A stretch of 56,469 bases of DNA, taken from NCBI GenBank assembly GCA_029287855.1, contig JARFQI010000023.1, forward strand, positions 1-56,469. Direction: 5' to 3'. Positions 9,291 to 19,319 of the stretch are shown here, one piece after another. This DNA is from Arenicellales bacterium (GTDB lineage Bacteria > Pseudomonadota > Gammaproteobacteria > BMS3Bbin11). The translations under genes were made by a program, and so were the position numbers. The notes beneath the pieces are model-generated. The model was not told the origin of the DNA and did no database searches. It was given only the letters and a program-made list of their open reading frames with translations. Numbering within the stretch: position 1 is the first letter of the stretch; each line of letters opens with the position of its first letter.

Positions 9291-10631
9291 TCAGACTACA
9301 ACACGGCTAACCCGCAAGAAGCGCCAGACCAGCCACAAGGCAGCCAATGTCAGGCTTGCCACCAGCCCCATCCATAAACCCTGTGGACCAAACTGTTGAC
9401 TGATCCCAAGGTAATAGGAAAACGGCAGGCCAACAAACCAGTAAACCACAATGCTGACCAGTAATGGGAACAAAGTGTCTTTGACGCCTCGTAGTGCTCC
9501 TGCCGCTGAGACCTGTATGCCATCAGACAACTGGAATATTGCCGCCATCAACAACAAGCTTACAGCCATTTCTGTTACTGCAGCATCATTGCTGTAGATC
9601 GAGGTAATCAAATCAGGAAAAATTAACATGATGCTGGCTGTAGCAAACATACACATACCTGCAAGACTGATACCCGCTAACCCACGAAACCTTGCATCAT
9701 GAGGAAGCTGTTCTCCCAGCGCATGACCAACACGAATCGTCGTCGCTGCTGATATACCGAGTGGTATCATGAACATCATGCCGGCAAAGTTGATCGCAAT
9801 CTGGTGCGCTGCCACTTCGACTACTCCGAGGCTTCCCATCAGCAACCCCACAGCGGAAAACATTCCTACTTCATTCACCAGTGTCAATGCGATGGGTAAA
9901 CCAAGACGCAGCATTTCCCTGGTGCGCTGCCAGTCTGTAGCTACTTTTTCAGCTTTCCATATCTCGACATAACGATGATGGCCAAGGATATATATCACCA
10001 GTAGTAATAAATTAATCCACATCACGGCAGCGGTTGCCCATCCTGCACCCACTGCCCCCATAGCCGGCACACCCAGCTTGCCGAACATCAACACATAATT
10101 TAGAAATATATTGAAAACCAGGCCCGCAATCTGAATAATCATCATTGGCCGGGTATAGCCAATACCTTCACTAACAAAACGTAGCGCAAGGTAGCCGCTG
10201 ACAGCTGGAATTCCCCATGAGACTGCGAATAGATAGTCAGTTGCCACTGGCACTATTCCAGCATCAATTCCAATCCACTCCAGCAATATGGATAACTGCC
10301 TGACAGCGTAAAAACCCAGAATTCCCAGCACAATGGACACCAGCAATGACTGCTTAACCAGATCACGAATGGATGCAAACTGTCCGGCTCCAAAATAATG
10401 CGACACCATGCTGGAAACTGCCATCATCAGGCCGACGCCAAACAGGTAGACAGGAACCCACAGGTTAGCACCAACGGCAATGGCGCCCAAAGCGAGTGGA
10501 CTGATATGACCGGCCATAATCGTATCAACAAAACCGGTAGCAATCAGCGCCACCTGCCCTATTGTGATAGGCACAGACAACTTTGCCAGCTGCTTAAATT
10601 CCCGTATCAGTGCTCTTCTATTCTCAAGCAT
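9291..10631 (-). CDS. MATE family multidrug efflux transporter (NorM-like)
   Basis: 446 aa and about 12 TM segments. The start (FKQLAKLSVPITIGQVA) and overall pattern are typical of the MATE family. Confidence 0.85.
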   Translation of the reverse strand: MLENRRALIREFKQLAKLSVPITIGQVALIATGFVDTIMAGHISPLALGAIAVGANLWVPVYLFGVGLMMAVSSMVSHYFGAGQFASIRDLVKQSLLVSIVLGILGFYAVRQLSILLEWIGIDAGIVPVATDYLFAVSWGIPAVSGYLALRFVSEGIGYTRPMMIIQIAGLVFNIFLNYVLMFGKLGVPAMGAVGAGWATAAVMWINLLLLVIYILGHHRYVEIWKAEKVATDWQRTREMLRLGLPIALTLVNEVGMFSAVGLLMGSLGVVEVAAHQIAINFAGMMFMIPLGISAATTIRVGHALGEQLPHDARFRGLAGISLAGMCMFATASIMLIFPDLITSIYSNDAAVTEMAVSLLLMAAIFQLSDGIQVSAAGALRGVKDTLFPLLVSIVVYWFVGLPFSYYLGISQQFGPQGLWMGLVASLTLAALWLVWRFLRVSRVVV

Positions 10632-10650
10632 TATGAATTGTTATTCGAGA

Positions 10651-10684
10651 AAAAATAAAAAGGCCGCGATGATCGCGGCCTTTT
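10651..10684 (-). terminator. Rho-independent terminator after the 10736..11845 gene
   Basis: Hairpin ggccgcgat/gatcgcggcc flanked by A and T runs. On the minus strand the stem is followed by tttttatttttt. Confidence 0.75.
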
Positions 10685-10735
10685 AACTCTATCAGCTTCT
10701 GACTGATAGAAATACTTATTATCAAGTTAAGCTTC

Positions 10736-11845
10736 TTACCAGCCTCTACCCTGGTCATACATTGGCATAGGCGGTGGCATATCATAAAAACCTGGAGGTG
10801 GACCATAACCCTGCGGAGGACCCCATGGAGCAGGCTGACCGTAAGCTTGTGGTGGCTGTCCATAACCTTGTGGCGCACCCGATGGAGCAGGCTGGCCGTA
10901 ACCCTGCGGATAACCATAGGGCGCTGGCTGACCATAACCCTGTGGCACAGACATTGGTTGAGCTGACTGTGATACAGCGGCTTCGTCTACTGCTTCCTTG
11001 GTTTCTTCTTCCGAATCTTTCTTACGTCCAAACAGACTATCGAAGAAGCCGCTTGACTCTTCAGCCTGCTCTTCAGTTGCAACGGCTTCAGCGACCGGGG
11101 CAGCAGCTACAGGTGCTTCTGCTACCGGTGCCTCAGTTGCAACGGCCTCTTCAGCAGCTTGTTCTTTTTTTCCAAACAGTGTTTCGAGAAGGCTACCTGA
11201 CTCTTCAGCCTGCTCTTCAGTTGCAACGGCCTCAGCGACCGGGGCAGCTACGGGTGCTTCTGCTACCGGCGCCTCAGTTGCAACGGCTTCTACAGCGGCT
11301 GGTTCTTTTGTTCCAAACAGGATATCGAAAAAGCCAACTGATTCTTCAGCCTGCTCTTCAGTTGCAACGGCCTCAGCGACCGCTGCTTCTGTAACCACTG
11401 CTTCAGTAGCAGGTACTTCAACTGCAACTTCGGACACGGCTTCCTGATCAGACATATAGGAAACTACTGCCCATATTCCGATAATAAACAATAAAGCAAT
11501 AGACAAAGTGGAAAGCAGACCAAGACTGTCTTTCTTCTGCTTAGCAGGCACTTTTACGGTGCTGGCTGATGCAATTTTTTGCGCCTTCTCTTTGTTTGGA
11601 GTGTCATCTTTAAGGCGAATCTTTGCTTTTTCTTTCTGGCCGTTGCCGTTTGCAGAACTGGCTTTAGTAGCCGCAACAGGTTTTTTCTTAACGGCTTTCT
11701 TTGTCGCTTTTTTGACTGATTTCTTTTTAACGGATTTCTTCACCGCTTTCTTCTTAACCGTTTTCTTTTTGACGCTTTTAACTGCTGCATTACCAGTTGC
11801 GTTGCTCGCAACTACCTTGTTTTCTTCATCTGCCATTTCAGACAC
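10736..11845 (-). CDS. Hypothetical bitopic low-complexity repeat protein (Lys-rich N-terminus, one TM segment, acidic tandem repeats, Pro/Gly/Gln/Tyr-rich C-terminus)
   Basis: 369-aa ORF. It has KKKxVKK repeats at the N-terminus and one hydrophobic segment, [19 protein letters not shown]. Three copies of ...[14 protein letters not shown]-GFFDxLFGxK... follow. The tail is PQGYGQPAP-like. A terminator follows the ORF. Confidence 0.7.
   Translation of the reverse strand: MSEMADEENKVVASNATGNAAVKSVKKKTVKKKAVKKSVKKKSVKKATKKAVKKKPVAATKASSANGNGQKEKAKIRLKDDTPNKEKAQKIASASTVKVPAKQKKDSLGLLSTLSIALLFIIGIWAVVSYMSDQEAVSEVAVEVPATEAVVTEAAVAEAVATEEQAEESVGFFDILFGTKEPAAVEAVATEAPVAEAPVAAPVAEAVATEEQAEESGSLLETLFGKKEQAAEEAVATEAPVAEAPVAAAPVAEAVATEEQAEESSGFFDSLFGRKKDSEEETKEAVDEAAVSQSAQPMSVPQGYGQPAPYGYPQGYGQPAPSGAPQGYGQPPQAYGQPAPWGPPQGYGPPPGFYDMPPPMPMYDQGRGW
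11020..11420 (-). repeat. About 141-144 bp in-frame tandem repeat array (about 2.7 copies) inside the 10736..11845 CDS
   Basis: The string ctcttcagcctgctcttcagttgcaacggc recurs near 11058, 11201 and 11343. The repeats encode an acidic unit of about 47-48 aa. Confidence 0.85.
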
Positions 11846-12023
11846 TCCGCTCGAAAATTAAATCAGAATTAAGTCAGCCCTGGTGTTCCGAATTCATCCA
11901 CAATATTCAGGACCCAAATATAAGCTTATTATTATATAGTATTATTAGAGAAAAAGATAGCTGTCCGTTCCCAGCATAAGCTCAAACAATCCTCTACAAC
12001 TGTTGATTCCAGGATTCTACCGG

Positions 12024-12058
12024 CACAAAACGAAACACCGCCCCTTGATGGAGCGGTG
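12024..12058 (-). terminator. Rho-independent terminator after the PfkB-family kinase gene
   Basis: On the minus strand, caccgctcc-atcaa-ggggcggtg is followed by tttcgttttg. Confidence 0.6.
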
Positions 12059-12091
12059 GTGCTAATGATTTTTGCCAAATAGTTACAGGGG

Positions 12092-13027
12092 TCACCAGGG
12101 CAAATAATCGAAATCCAGTTTAAAGCGTTCACCGATTTCATCTCTTGTAGGTGCATGATTTTGCGTCCCATTCACTTCAATCTTGCATGCCCCCATAGTG
12201 GCAGCGAGGCGGCCGGTAGTCTCCCAGTCCATATCATTCATCAAACCGTAAAGTAAACCTGCGCGATAGGCATCACCACAACCTGTCGGATCTTTCAGTT
12301 GATTAATTTTTGCTATCGGAATGATCATTTCCTGATTGTTTGCATGGATAATAGAACCTTCAGCACCACGCGTTATCACCAGTGCATCGACTTCACGGGC
12401 TATTTCTTCAGCATTTTTTCCGGTTCGTTCTGAAAACAGCTGAAATTCATAATCATTCAGAGTGAGCCACGTCGCCTGCTTAAGAAATCGGTTCAGATCT
12501 TCGCCATCAAACATCGGCATACCCTGGCCGGGATCAAAAATAAACGGAATACCGGCCTCAGAAAACTGGTCAGCATGCTCGATCATGCCCTGGCGTCCAT
12601 CTGGCGAAACGATGCCGATGGTGATGCCCGATTCATCAGTGACCGTGTTGAGATGGGACAGGTTCATCGCACCAGGATGAAAGGCTGTAATCTGGTTATC
12701 GTCCTGGTCAGTCGTGATATAGGCCTGGGCTGTATAGTCATCAGCAAGGACTTTTAGAGACTGGCGGCTAACGCCAGTATTGTCCATCCATTCGGCATAG
12801 GGAGAAAAATCCTGGCCTACCGTAGCCATTGGCCTGCCCTCACCACCGAGCAAATTAAGGTTATAGGCAATATTTCCGGCACATCCGCCGAACTCACGGC
12901 GCAAAGTAGGAACCAGAAAAGAGACATTAAGGATATGAACCTGGTCCGGAAGTATGTGGTTCTTGAAGCGATCTTCAAACACCATAATAGTATCGAACGC
13001 CATAGATCCGCAGATTAATGCTGTCAT
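12092..13027 (-). CDS. PfkB-family carbohydrate/nucleoside kinase (adenosine kinase-like)
   Basis: 311 aa. It has the N-terminal GSMAFDTIM...GGCAGNIAYNL motif and the C-terminal DPTGCGDAYRAG anion-hole/ATP motif of the PfkB family. Confidence 0.8.
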   Translation of the reverse strand: MTALICGSMAFDTIMVFEDRFKNHILPDQVHILNVSFLVPTLRREFGGCAGNIAYNLNLLGGEGRPMATVGQDFSPYAEWMDNTGVSRQSLKVLADDYTAQAYITTDQDDNQITAFHPGAMNLSHLNTVTDESGITIGIVSPDGRQGMIEHADQFSEAGIPFIFDPGQGMPMFDGEDLNRFLKQATWLTLNDYEFQLFSERTGKNAEEIAREVDALVITRGAEGSIIHANNQEMIIPIAKINQLKDPTGCGDAYRAGLLYGLMNDMDWETTGRLAATMGACKIEVNGTQNHAPTRDEIGERFKLDFDYLPW

Positions 13028-13197
13028 ATTATTTTTCCGTTATTGATGATTTATTGAACACGCGTAAATTGATACAGGATAACTTCGTATCAAACTTTTC
13101 ATACTGGCACACATGAAACTGACAGTTATGCCTGGGCGCTCTGTACGATGTTAGTTGATGGCGGTTCCTATTGTATTTGAAACTGCCAGATGAAGAA

Positions 13198-14658
13198 TCA
13201 AACAGCATCTTCCTGCCAGACAACATCCAGCTTTCGTGCTGCACGCACGTCATCCAGTCTTCGTACTGGCAGGCTATGGGGAGCTGATTTGACCAGCTCT
13301 GTCTGCTCAACTGACTCCCGGCGAATCTCTTCCATTGCAGCGATGAATCCATCCAGTTCTTCCAGGCTTTCGCTTTCAGTCGGTTCAATCAGAAAACACT
13401 CAGGAACCAGCAATGGAAAATAGGTCGTTGGTGCATGATAGCCTTTATCCAGCAGACGCTTGGCAAAGTCCATCGCTGTGACACCGGTCTCAGTTTTTTC
13501 TTTTTTTAGTGTCAGAATAAATTCGTGTGTTGCACGACGGCTTTTATATGCCATATCGAAACCGCCCTGCTCAAGTTTGACCTTCATATAATTCGCATTC
13601 AATGTGGCATAATCGGCGACGCGTTTCATGCCTTCACGCCCTAACATTCGAGCATATATCCAGGCCCGTAACAATATACCGGTGTTACCCATGAAACATG
13701 AAAGACGGCCAATGCTCTGAGGGCAATCGTTTTTATCGAGTAGCACGTACTCACCCGATGACTCCGCAATCCTCGGTACCGGCAGGAATGGCACCAGCCG
13801 TTTACTAACACCAACAGGCCCGGCACCCGGACCGCCGCCGCCATGCGGGGTAGAAAAGGTCTTATGCAGGTTAAGATGAATAACATCGAAACCCATTTCT
13901 CCGGGCTTTACCTTGCCAAGTATCGCATTCATATTGGCACCATCGTAATACAACAGGCCCCCTGCTTCATGTACTAACGCAGCAATTTCTGTAATCTGCC
14001 TTTCGAACACACCCAGGGTTGAGGGATTTGTCAGCATCAGGCCTGCCGTCTGCGGCCCAACAGCAGCGCGCAAAGCATCTATATCTACATCGCCATTATC
14101 CAGTGTTGGAATCTCTTTTACGGTATAGCCGCACATCACTGCAGTTGCAGGGTTGGTGCCATGAGCAGCATCCGGCACCAGAATCTCCTGTCGTGCATCA
14201 TCTGCCCTGGCTTCATGATAAGCCCTGATCATAGCGATGCCTGTGAACTCACCCTGTGCACCTGCCATAGGAGCAAGACTGACTTCACTCATTCCTGATA
14301 TGTCTTTCAGTATCTCCTGCAAATCATATAAGCAACTTAGCACGCCCTGTCCAGTTGAAGCAGGTGATAATGGGTGCCGGCCACTGAAGCCATCATACAT
14401 AGCTGCTTCATTACAGATCCGCGGGTTATGCTTCATCGTACAGGAACCGAGGGGATAAAAATGTGTATCAATAGCAAAATTTAACTGGCTAAGACGGGTG
14501 TAATGCCTAACTGCCTGCATTTCTGATACTTCGGGTAAAGCCGGGCTAGTTTTGCGAAGCAGGGCTTGCGGAAGGTCATCAATTGAAAATGTACCTGATT
14601 GATATTGAGCATTATTTATACGCCCGGCAGTAGATTGTTCGAATATCAGTTCTGTCAT
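13198..14658 (-). CDS. gcvPB: Glycine dehydrogenase (aminomethyl-transferring) subunit 2
   Basis: 486 aa. It carries the PLP-lysine context HLNLHKTFSTPHGGGGPG and lies in a gcvT-H-PA-PB operon. Confidence 0.93.
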   Translation of the reverse strand: MTELIFEQSTAGRINNAQYQSGTFSIDDLPQALLRKTSPALPEVSEMQAVRHYTRLSQLNFAIDTHFYPLGSCTMKHNPRICNEAAMYDGFSGRHPLSPASTGQGVLSCLYDLQEILKDISGMSEVSLAPMAGAQGEFTGIAMIRAYHEARADDARQEILVPDAAHGTNPATAVMCGYTVKEIPTLDNGDVDIDALRAAVGPQTAGLMLTNPSTLGVFERQITEIAALVHEAGGLLYYDGANMNAILGKVKPGEMGFDVIHLNLHKTFSTPHGGGGPGAGPVGVSKRLVPFLPVPRIAESSGEYVLLDKNDCPQSIGRLSCFMGNTGILLRAWIYARMLGREGMKRVADYATLNANYMKVKLEQGGFDMAYKSRRATHEFILTLKKEKTETGVTAMDFAKRLLDKGYHAPTTYFPLLVPECFLIEPTESESLEELDGFIAAMEEIRRESVEQTELVKSAPHSLPVRRLDDVRAARKLDVVWQEDAV

Positions 14659-14756
14659 GGTTGTAGTTTCTATCTTTGGTTACTCTGAAAATCGTTGTTA
14701 TAGACAGCGATTATTCAAGATCATTTATTAGATGTCTTTGCACAGGAAAGATCGAG

Positions 14757-16115
14757 TTATCCCTTGCTTACAATTCTTTCCAGATGCAAGGCAAAGTTAT
14801 CCATCTCTTCTTCGGTGCGCAACTCAGTAGCGCACACCAGCAGGCAATCCTGCAAGCCTTCAAAATCAGCCCCTAATGGCATACCTGCAATAATCCCCTC
14901 GGCCGTGATTTCACGCACCAGGTCATCCAGCGGGGAATCGATCCGTAGAACACATTCGTGAAAAAAAGGACTATTAAAGACAACTTCGACGCCATCTATT
15001 GCTGTAAGTTTTTCAACCAGCAGGCGGGTGTTTGCATGTGATGCTTTTGCAGCCTGTGCCATGCCAGCCGGCCCCATCAATGACATGTACAGCGTTGCAG
15101 CAGTGACCATCAGTCCCTGGTTGGTACATATATTTGAGGTTGCTTTGGAGCGGCGTATGTGTTGCTCCCTGGCCTGTAATGTAAGCGTAAACCCCTGCTT
15201 TCCTTCTGCATCCAAAGTACGCCCAATTAAGCGTCCGGGCATCTGCCGGACAATTTTCTGAGTACAGCACATGAAGCCGAAGTACGGGCCGCCTGAAGAC
15301 AATGGAATACCCAGCGGCTGACCTTCGCCGACGACAATATCAGCCCCATTTTCTCCCCATTCTCCGGGGGCTTTTAATATGGCGAGTGACAAAGGATTCA
15401 CCACAGCAATAACCAGGCATCCCTGCTTATGCGCCAGGTCTACCAGTTCATCAACTTGCTCCAGCGCACCAAAATAGTTCGGCTGCGGAATAACCAGGGC
15501 CGCAACATCATCTGTGAACTGATCATTAAGCTGACCCAGATCAATGGTGCCGGTATCACCGCTATAGTCAATATTGCTTATAGTAATCCCCTGATTTTTA
15601 ACAATCGTCTCTGTTGTTTCTCGATAAGCAGGATTGATAGTTTCAGGCATCAGGATTCGATACTTTTTACGCTGGGCGCGCACAGACATCAGGACAGCTT
15701 CTGCAAGAGCACTGGCTCCTTCGTAGAGACTGGCGTTGGAAACTTCCATTGCAGTCAATGAGGCCATCATGGTCTGGTATTCATACAATAATTGCAGCGT
15801 CCCCTGGCTCGCTTCTGCCTGGTACGGAGTATATGCAGAATAAAATTCACCACGTGTCGCGACTTGCCAGACTGCCGCCGGGATATGGTGTTCGTAGGCA
15901 CCGGCGCCGATGAAATTCACATAATGGCCATCGGATTGGGCACTATTTTTACACAGCCGGCGTATCCCGGCTTCATCCATGGCAGGTGGAACATAATCCA
16001 GTTTTTCATTTATCAGGTCAGCAGGGATCTCATCAAACAGCTCATCAATATTGCTGACACCGATAGCATCAAGCATCTTGCGAGTTTCTTCTTCGGTATG
16101 GGGTATGAATGGCAT
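14757..16115 (-). CDS. gcvPA: Glycine dehydrogenase (aminomethyl-transferring) subunit 1
   Basis: 452 aa. It has the [14 protein letters not shown] motif and sits between gcvH and gcvPB. Confidence 0.93.
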   Translation of the reverse strand: MPFIPHTEEETRKMLDAIGVSNIDELFDEIPADLINEKLDYVPPAMDEAGIRRLCKNSAQSDGHYVNFIGAGAYEHHIPAAVWQVATRGEFYSAYTPYQAEASQGTLQLLYEYQTMMASLTAMEVSNASLYEGASALAEAVLMSVRAQRKKYRILMPETINPAYRETTETIVKNQGITISNIDYSGDTGTIDLGQLNDQFTDDVAALVIPQPNYFGALEQVDELVDLAHKQGCLVIAVVNPLSLAILKAPGEWGENGADIVVGEGQPLGIPLSSGGPYFGFMCCTQKIVRQMPGRLIGRTLDAEGKQGFTLTLQAREQHIRRSKATSNICTNQGLMVTAATLYMSLMGPAGMAQAAKASHANTRLLVEKLTAIDGVEVVFNSPFFHECVLRIDSPLDDLVREITAEGIIAGMPLGADFEGLQDCLLVCATELRTEEEMDNFALHLERIVSKG

Positions 16116-16191
16116 AGCAGTTTATTCGTTTTGTGTACTGTAAAGAGGGATTTGCCTCCCCCTGGTATTATTTCCTTTGGTCTTTAATTCA

Positions 16192-16581
16192 TCAGTCTTC
16201 TGATTCGACAACCTCATAGGCCGATGCATCCAGCAGGCTATCAAGCTGGCTCGGATCGGCTATTTGCAGGCGGAACATCCAGCCGTCGCCATAAGGGTCT
16301 TCATTGATCAGTTCCGGTGCATCGACCAGTTTTTCATTAACTGCGACAACGGTACCGGCAACCGGTGCATAGACATCGGAGGCTGCTTTCACTGATTCAA
16401 CAACCGTGCATTCATCACCGGCGTCAAGTTCAGCGCCCATTTCTGGCAATTCAATAAAAACCATATCGCCGAGCAGTTCCTGTGCATGGTCAGTAATACC
16501 CACCGTGACCTGCCCATCATCTCCAGCCAGCACCCATTCATGTGACTGGGTATACCTCAATTCCTGTGGGACATTACTCAT
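16192..16581 (-). CDS. gcvH: Glycine cleavage system H protein (lipoyl carrier)
   Basis: 129 aa with the lipoyl-lysine motif [14 protein letters not shown]. Confidence 0.95.
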   Translation of the reverse strand: MSNVPQELRYTQSHEWVLAGDDGQVTVGITDHAQELLGDMVFIELPEMGAELDAGDECTVVESVKAASDVYAPVAGTVVAVNEKLVDAPELINEDPYGDGWMFRLQIADPSQLDSLLDASAYEVVESED

Positions 16582-16599
16582 TGTTGTTCTCCTATTGCT

Positions 16600-17712
16600 C
16601 TAGACTTGTTCAATTTCGATAACAGCCTTGCCATTACGGACGAAGGGGTATTTTACTACTACTGCCGGGACCAGGCGCCCACGAATATCTACTTCACAGA
16701 CATCACCTGTTTTTACAGTTGCCGGCACTCTCGCAAGAGCTATTGATCTTGCCAGTGTGGGAGAAAAGCTGCCACTGGTTATTTGACCATTTCCACCATC
16801 GGCAAACTGTACCTGCTGATGCGAGCGCAGCACGCCTTTGCCTGTCAGCAGCAGGCCGACCATGCGTTGCCCAGGACCGTTCTGTTTTTCCGTTTCCAGT
16901 GCCTTGCGTCCGTTGAAATCACGGGTCTCAGGCTGCCAGGCGACAGTCCAGGCCAATCCGGATACCAGAGGTGAAGTCGTTTCATCCATATCAAGACCAT
17001 ATAGGGCCATACCCGCCTCAAGCCTTAATGTATCACGCGCTCCCAATCCAATAGGCTTGACGCCGACGTCCATCAACTTTTGCCAGATATCAACTGCAGC
17101 TTCCGCAGCCAGTATGACCTCGACACCATCTTCGCCAGTATAGCCGGTACGACCAACGAACATATCATCCAGCTCACAGGCCTGAAACACCGCCAGCTCA
17201 GAAACCTTCGCAGCAGCATCTGCTGGCAACAGTGATGTAAAAGCACCGATTGCCTTAGGCCCCTGAATCGCCAGCATCGCCAGCTCAGGACGCTCTGTCA
17301 GAGTAGCATCTGTAAAATTCTGCAGCTGTTGCCTGATCCAGGCCATGTCTTTGTCGTGAGTGCCGGCATTGAGAATCACCCGATACCAGTCCTGATTCAT
17401 GAAATAGACAATCAAATCATCAATGATTCCACCATTTTCAGTCAGCATACAACTGTAAAGAGCTTTACCTGGCACTGTCAATTTTTCGACGTCGTTGGCC
17501 AGCAGGTGCTGCAAAAAAGATTTGCTGCCGCTGCCGTTCAGATCAACCACATTCATGTGTGAGACATCAAACACGCCGGCAGACTGGCGAACGACATGAT
17601 GCTCTTCGAGCTGAGAGCCATAGTGAATAGGCATTTGCCAGCCTGAAAAATCTACGATTTTTGCGCCAGCTTCAATATGCTGTTGATAAAGCGGTGTTTT
17701 ATTCGACGTCAT
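16600..17712 (-). CDS. gcvT: Glycine cleavage system aminomethyltransferase T
   Basis: Motifs KTPLY..H...GAK.VDF.GW.MP..Y and GYTGEDG are present. The ATG at 17712 is preceded by AGGAG at good spacing. The ORF-track start at 17730 adds 6 aa and has no SD. Confidence 0.92.
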   Translation of the reverse strand: MTSNKTPLYQQHIEAGAKIVDFSGWQMPIHYGSQLEEHHVVRQSAGVFDVSHMNVVDLNGSGSKSFLQHLLANDVEKLTVPGKALYSCMLTENGGIIDDLIVYFMNQDWYRVILNAGTHDKDMAWIRQQLQNFTDATLTERPELAMLAIQGPKAIGAFTSLLPADAAAKVSELAVFQACELDDMFVGRTGYTGEDGVEVILAAEAAVDIWQKLMDVGVKPIGLGARDTLRLEAGMALYGLDMDETTSPLVSGLAWTVAWQPETRDFNGRKALETEKQNGPGQRMVGLLLTGKGVLRSHQQVQFADGGNGQITSGSFSPTLARSIALARVPATVKTGDVCEVDIRGRLVPAVVVKYPFVRNGKAVIEIEQV

Positions 17713-17759
17713 AGTAGCTCCTGGAGTCATACGGGTTCGCTGGCTTTGTCAGCCATTCG

Positions 17760-17940
17760 CCCATCTGTCCATTCACCTGAGAGATTTACCCCCTTCGGTG
17801 TGCCTATCTGGTCATCCTGATAGACCGCTCTCCAGAGCCGACGGTTTATTATGGTCCTTTTGCCTGAGCGATTCCGGGCGGGTTGCGCCTTCGGCGCCGG
17901 CAAAAATTATAAAACTGCAGCCGGTCTCTCCCTCAATAAA
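17760..17940 (-). promoter_or_regulatory. Tandem glycine riboswitch (two aptamers) in the gcvT leader
   Basis: Read on the minus strand, aptamer 1 is GGGAGAGACCGG...GCCGGCGCCGAAGGCGCAACC...CUCAGGCAAAAGGACC. Aptamer 2 is CUCUGGAGAGCGGUC...GGCACACCGAAGGGGGUAAAUCUCUCAGGUGAAUGGACAG. Both carry the conserved GGAGAG / CACCGAAGGGG-type / CUCAGG..GGAC cores. Confidence 0.9.
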
Positions 17941-18008
17941 CCCTGGTCGGGCCAGAGACTATACGAAAAACAAGCAAGCTTTACCACGCCTGATGTAAAA
18001 ATAGCCCC

Positions 18009-19256
18009 TTAAGATATTGTTGCTATCTGTTTTTTCACTACACGGCCAAGGGTCAGCCCCTGTACCAGCATAGCAAAGACGACTACCGCATAGGTCATAG
18101 GCAGCAGATAGAGACGAACTTCGTCTGCCGGCAAAGTGAGTACCAGGGCAACGGAAATTCCTCCCCTTAGCCCTCCCCAGGTAAGTATCTTTATCACCCC
18201 GGGTGAAAACTGATAGCGGCCTCTGAGTACTGAAACAGGAATAGAAACACTGACAAAACGCGCCAGTAATACAACGGGTATCGCGAGCAGAGACAGAAGG
18301 AAGGTATTAGTGGATATCGGGATGATCAGCAGAATTTCCAGGCCCAGCAAGACGAACAATACTGCATTGAGAATCTCGTCTACCAGTTCCCAGAACGTAT
18401 CCAGGTGTTCACGGGTTTTATCTGACATTGCGAACTGACGACCGTGATTGCCAATCAGCAATCCAGCTACCACAATTGCTATCGGCGCAGACAAATGCCA
18501 GGCTTCCGCAAACGCATAGCCGCCCATAACGAGGGCCAGAGAAATAATTATCTCGACCTGGTAATTATCTACCTGCCTGAGCATTCTGTAGGCAATATAT
18601 CCAATCAGCAGACCAAAAAGAGCACCACCCAGGGTTTCAGTGACGAACAACTCAGCCATATCAATCGCCTGCATTGGTTCACTGGCGTAGGCAATATTGA
18701 AAATAACGAGAAATAAAACAACACCGACGCCATCATTGAACAAAGACTCACCGGCTATTTTCGTTTCCAGGGAAGCCGGCACTCCCAGTGTCTTCAGGGT
18801 ACTGATCACGGCGACTGGATCAGTAGGAGAAATCAACGCACCGAATAAAAGGCAATGAATGAACGTCAGTGGCAAATCAAGCAGCAGTGAAACTCCCCAC
18901 AGCAACACTGCCACTAACAGGGTAGAGATAAGAACACCAATTGTCGCCAGGGAGGCAACAATCCACTTCATCTCCGACAGTCGATTAATGTCTACATGTA
19001 AGGCTCCCGCAAATAACAGAAAACTCAACATGCCGTGCAGAAGCGTGGTACTGAAGTCGACACCTGCGAGCAGGGATTGTTCCTGCTCCAGCAGTAATGG
19101 AAACCCGAGCCCTCCAAGTAGCAGAAGCATCAACGACAATGCCATAGAAATTGCCATCACACCTATGGTGGATGGCAATTTCAGAAACACATAATTAAGA
19201 AAACTGAATACGGCTGTCAGGCTAATCAGCACAGCAGTAATTTGCAGCATATCCAT
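18009..19256 (-). CDS. CPA1-family cation:proton (Na+/H+) antiporter
   Basis: 415 aa, polytopic, with the ISPTDPVAV and ESLFNDG motifs typical of NhaP/CPA1 exchangers. Confidence 0.85.
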   Translation of the reverse strand: MDMLQITAVLISLTAVFSFLNYVFLKLPSTIGVMAISMALSLMLLLLGGLGFPLLLEQEQSLLAGVDFSTTLLHGMLSFLLFAGALHVDINRLSEMKWIVASLATIGVLISTLLVAVLLWGVSLLLDLPLTFIHCLLFGALISPTDPVAVISTLKTLGVPASLETKIAGESLFNDGVGVVLFLVIFNIAYASEPMQAIDMAELFVTETLGGALFGLLIGYIAYRMLRQVDNYQVEIIISLALVMGGYAFAEAWHLSAPIAIVVAGLLIGNHGRQFAMSDKTREHLDTFWELVDEILNAVLFVLLGLEILLIIPISTNTFLLSLLAIPVVLLARFVSVSIPVSVLRGRYQFSPGVIKILTWGGLRGGISVALVLTLPADEVRLYLLPMTYAVVVFAMLVQGLTLGRVVKKQIATIS

Positions 19257-19319
19257 AACAGATAGCAGTCTTAAATACTGCGCATCAGGTACAGGATATC
19301 GAAGAGAGCTGGCTGGCAG

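Noticed and set aside
11020-11420. Regularly spaced repeats of about 141-144 bp that could be mistaken for a CRISPR-like or satellite array
   Set aside because: The repeats are contiguous with no unique spacers, are in frame and encode a coherent repeated peptide inside a longer ORF. No cas genes are present.
10774-11447. 206-aa and 149-aa + strand ORFs rich in Leu/Gln/Pro or Ala/Ser/Thr
   Set aside because: They are antisense to the repeat-protein gene. Long open frames arise here because the tandem, compositionally biased repeats lack stop codons in several frames. The minus-strand frame has the start context, the TM segment and the terminator.
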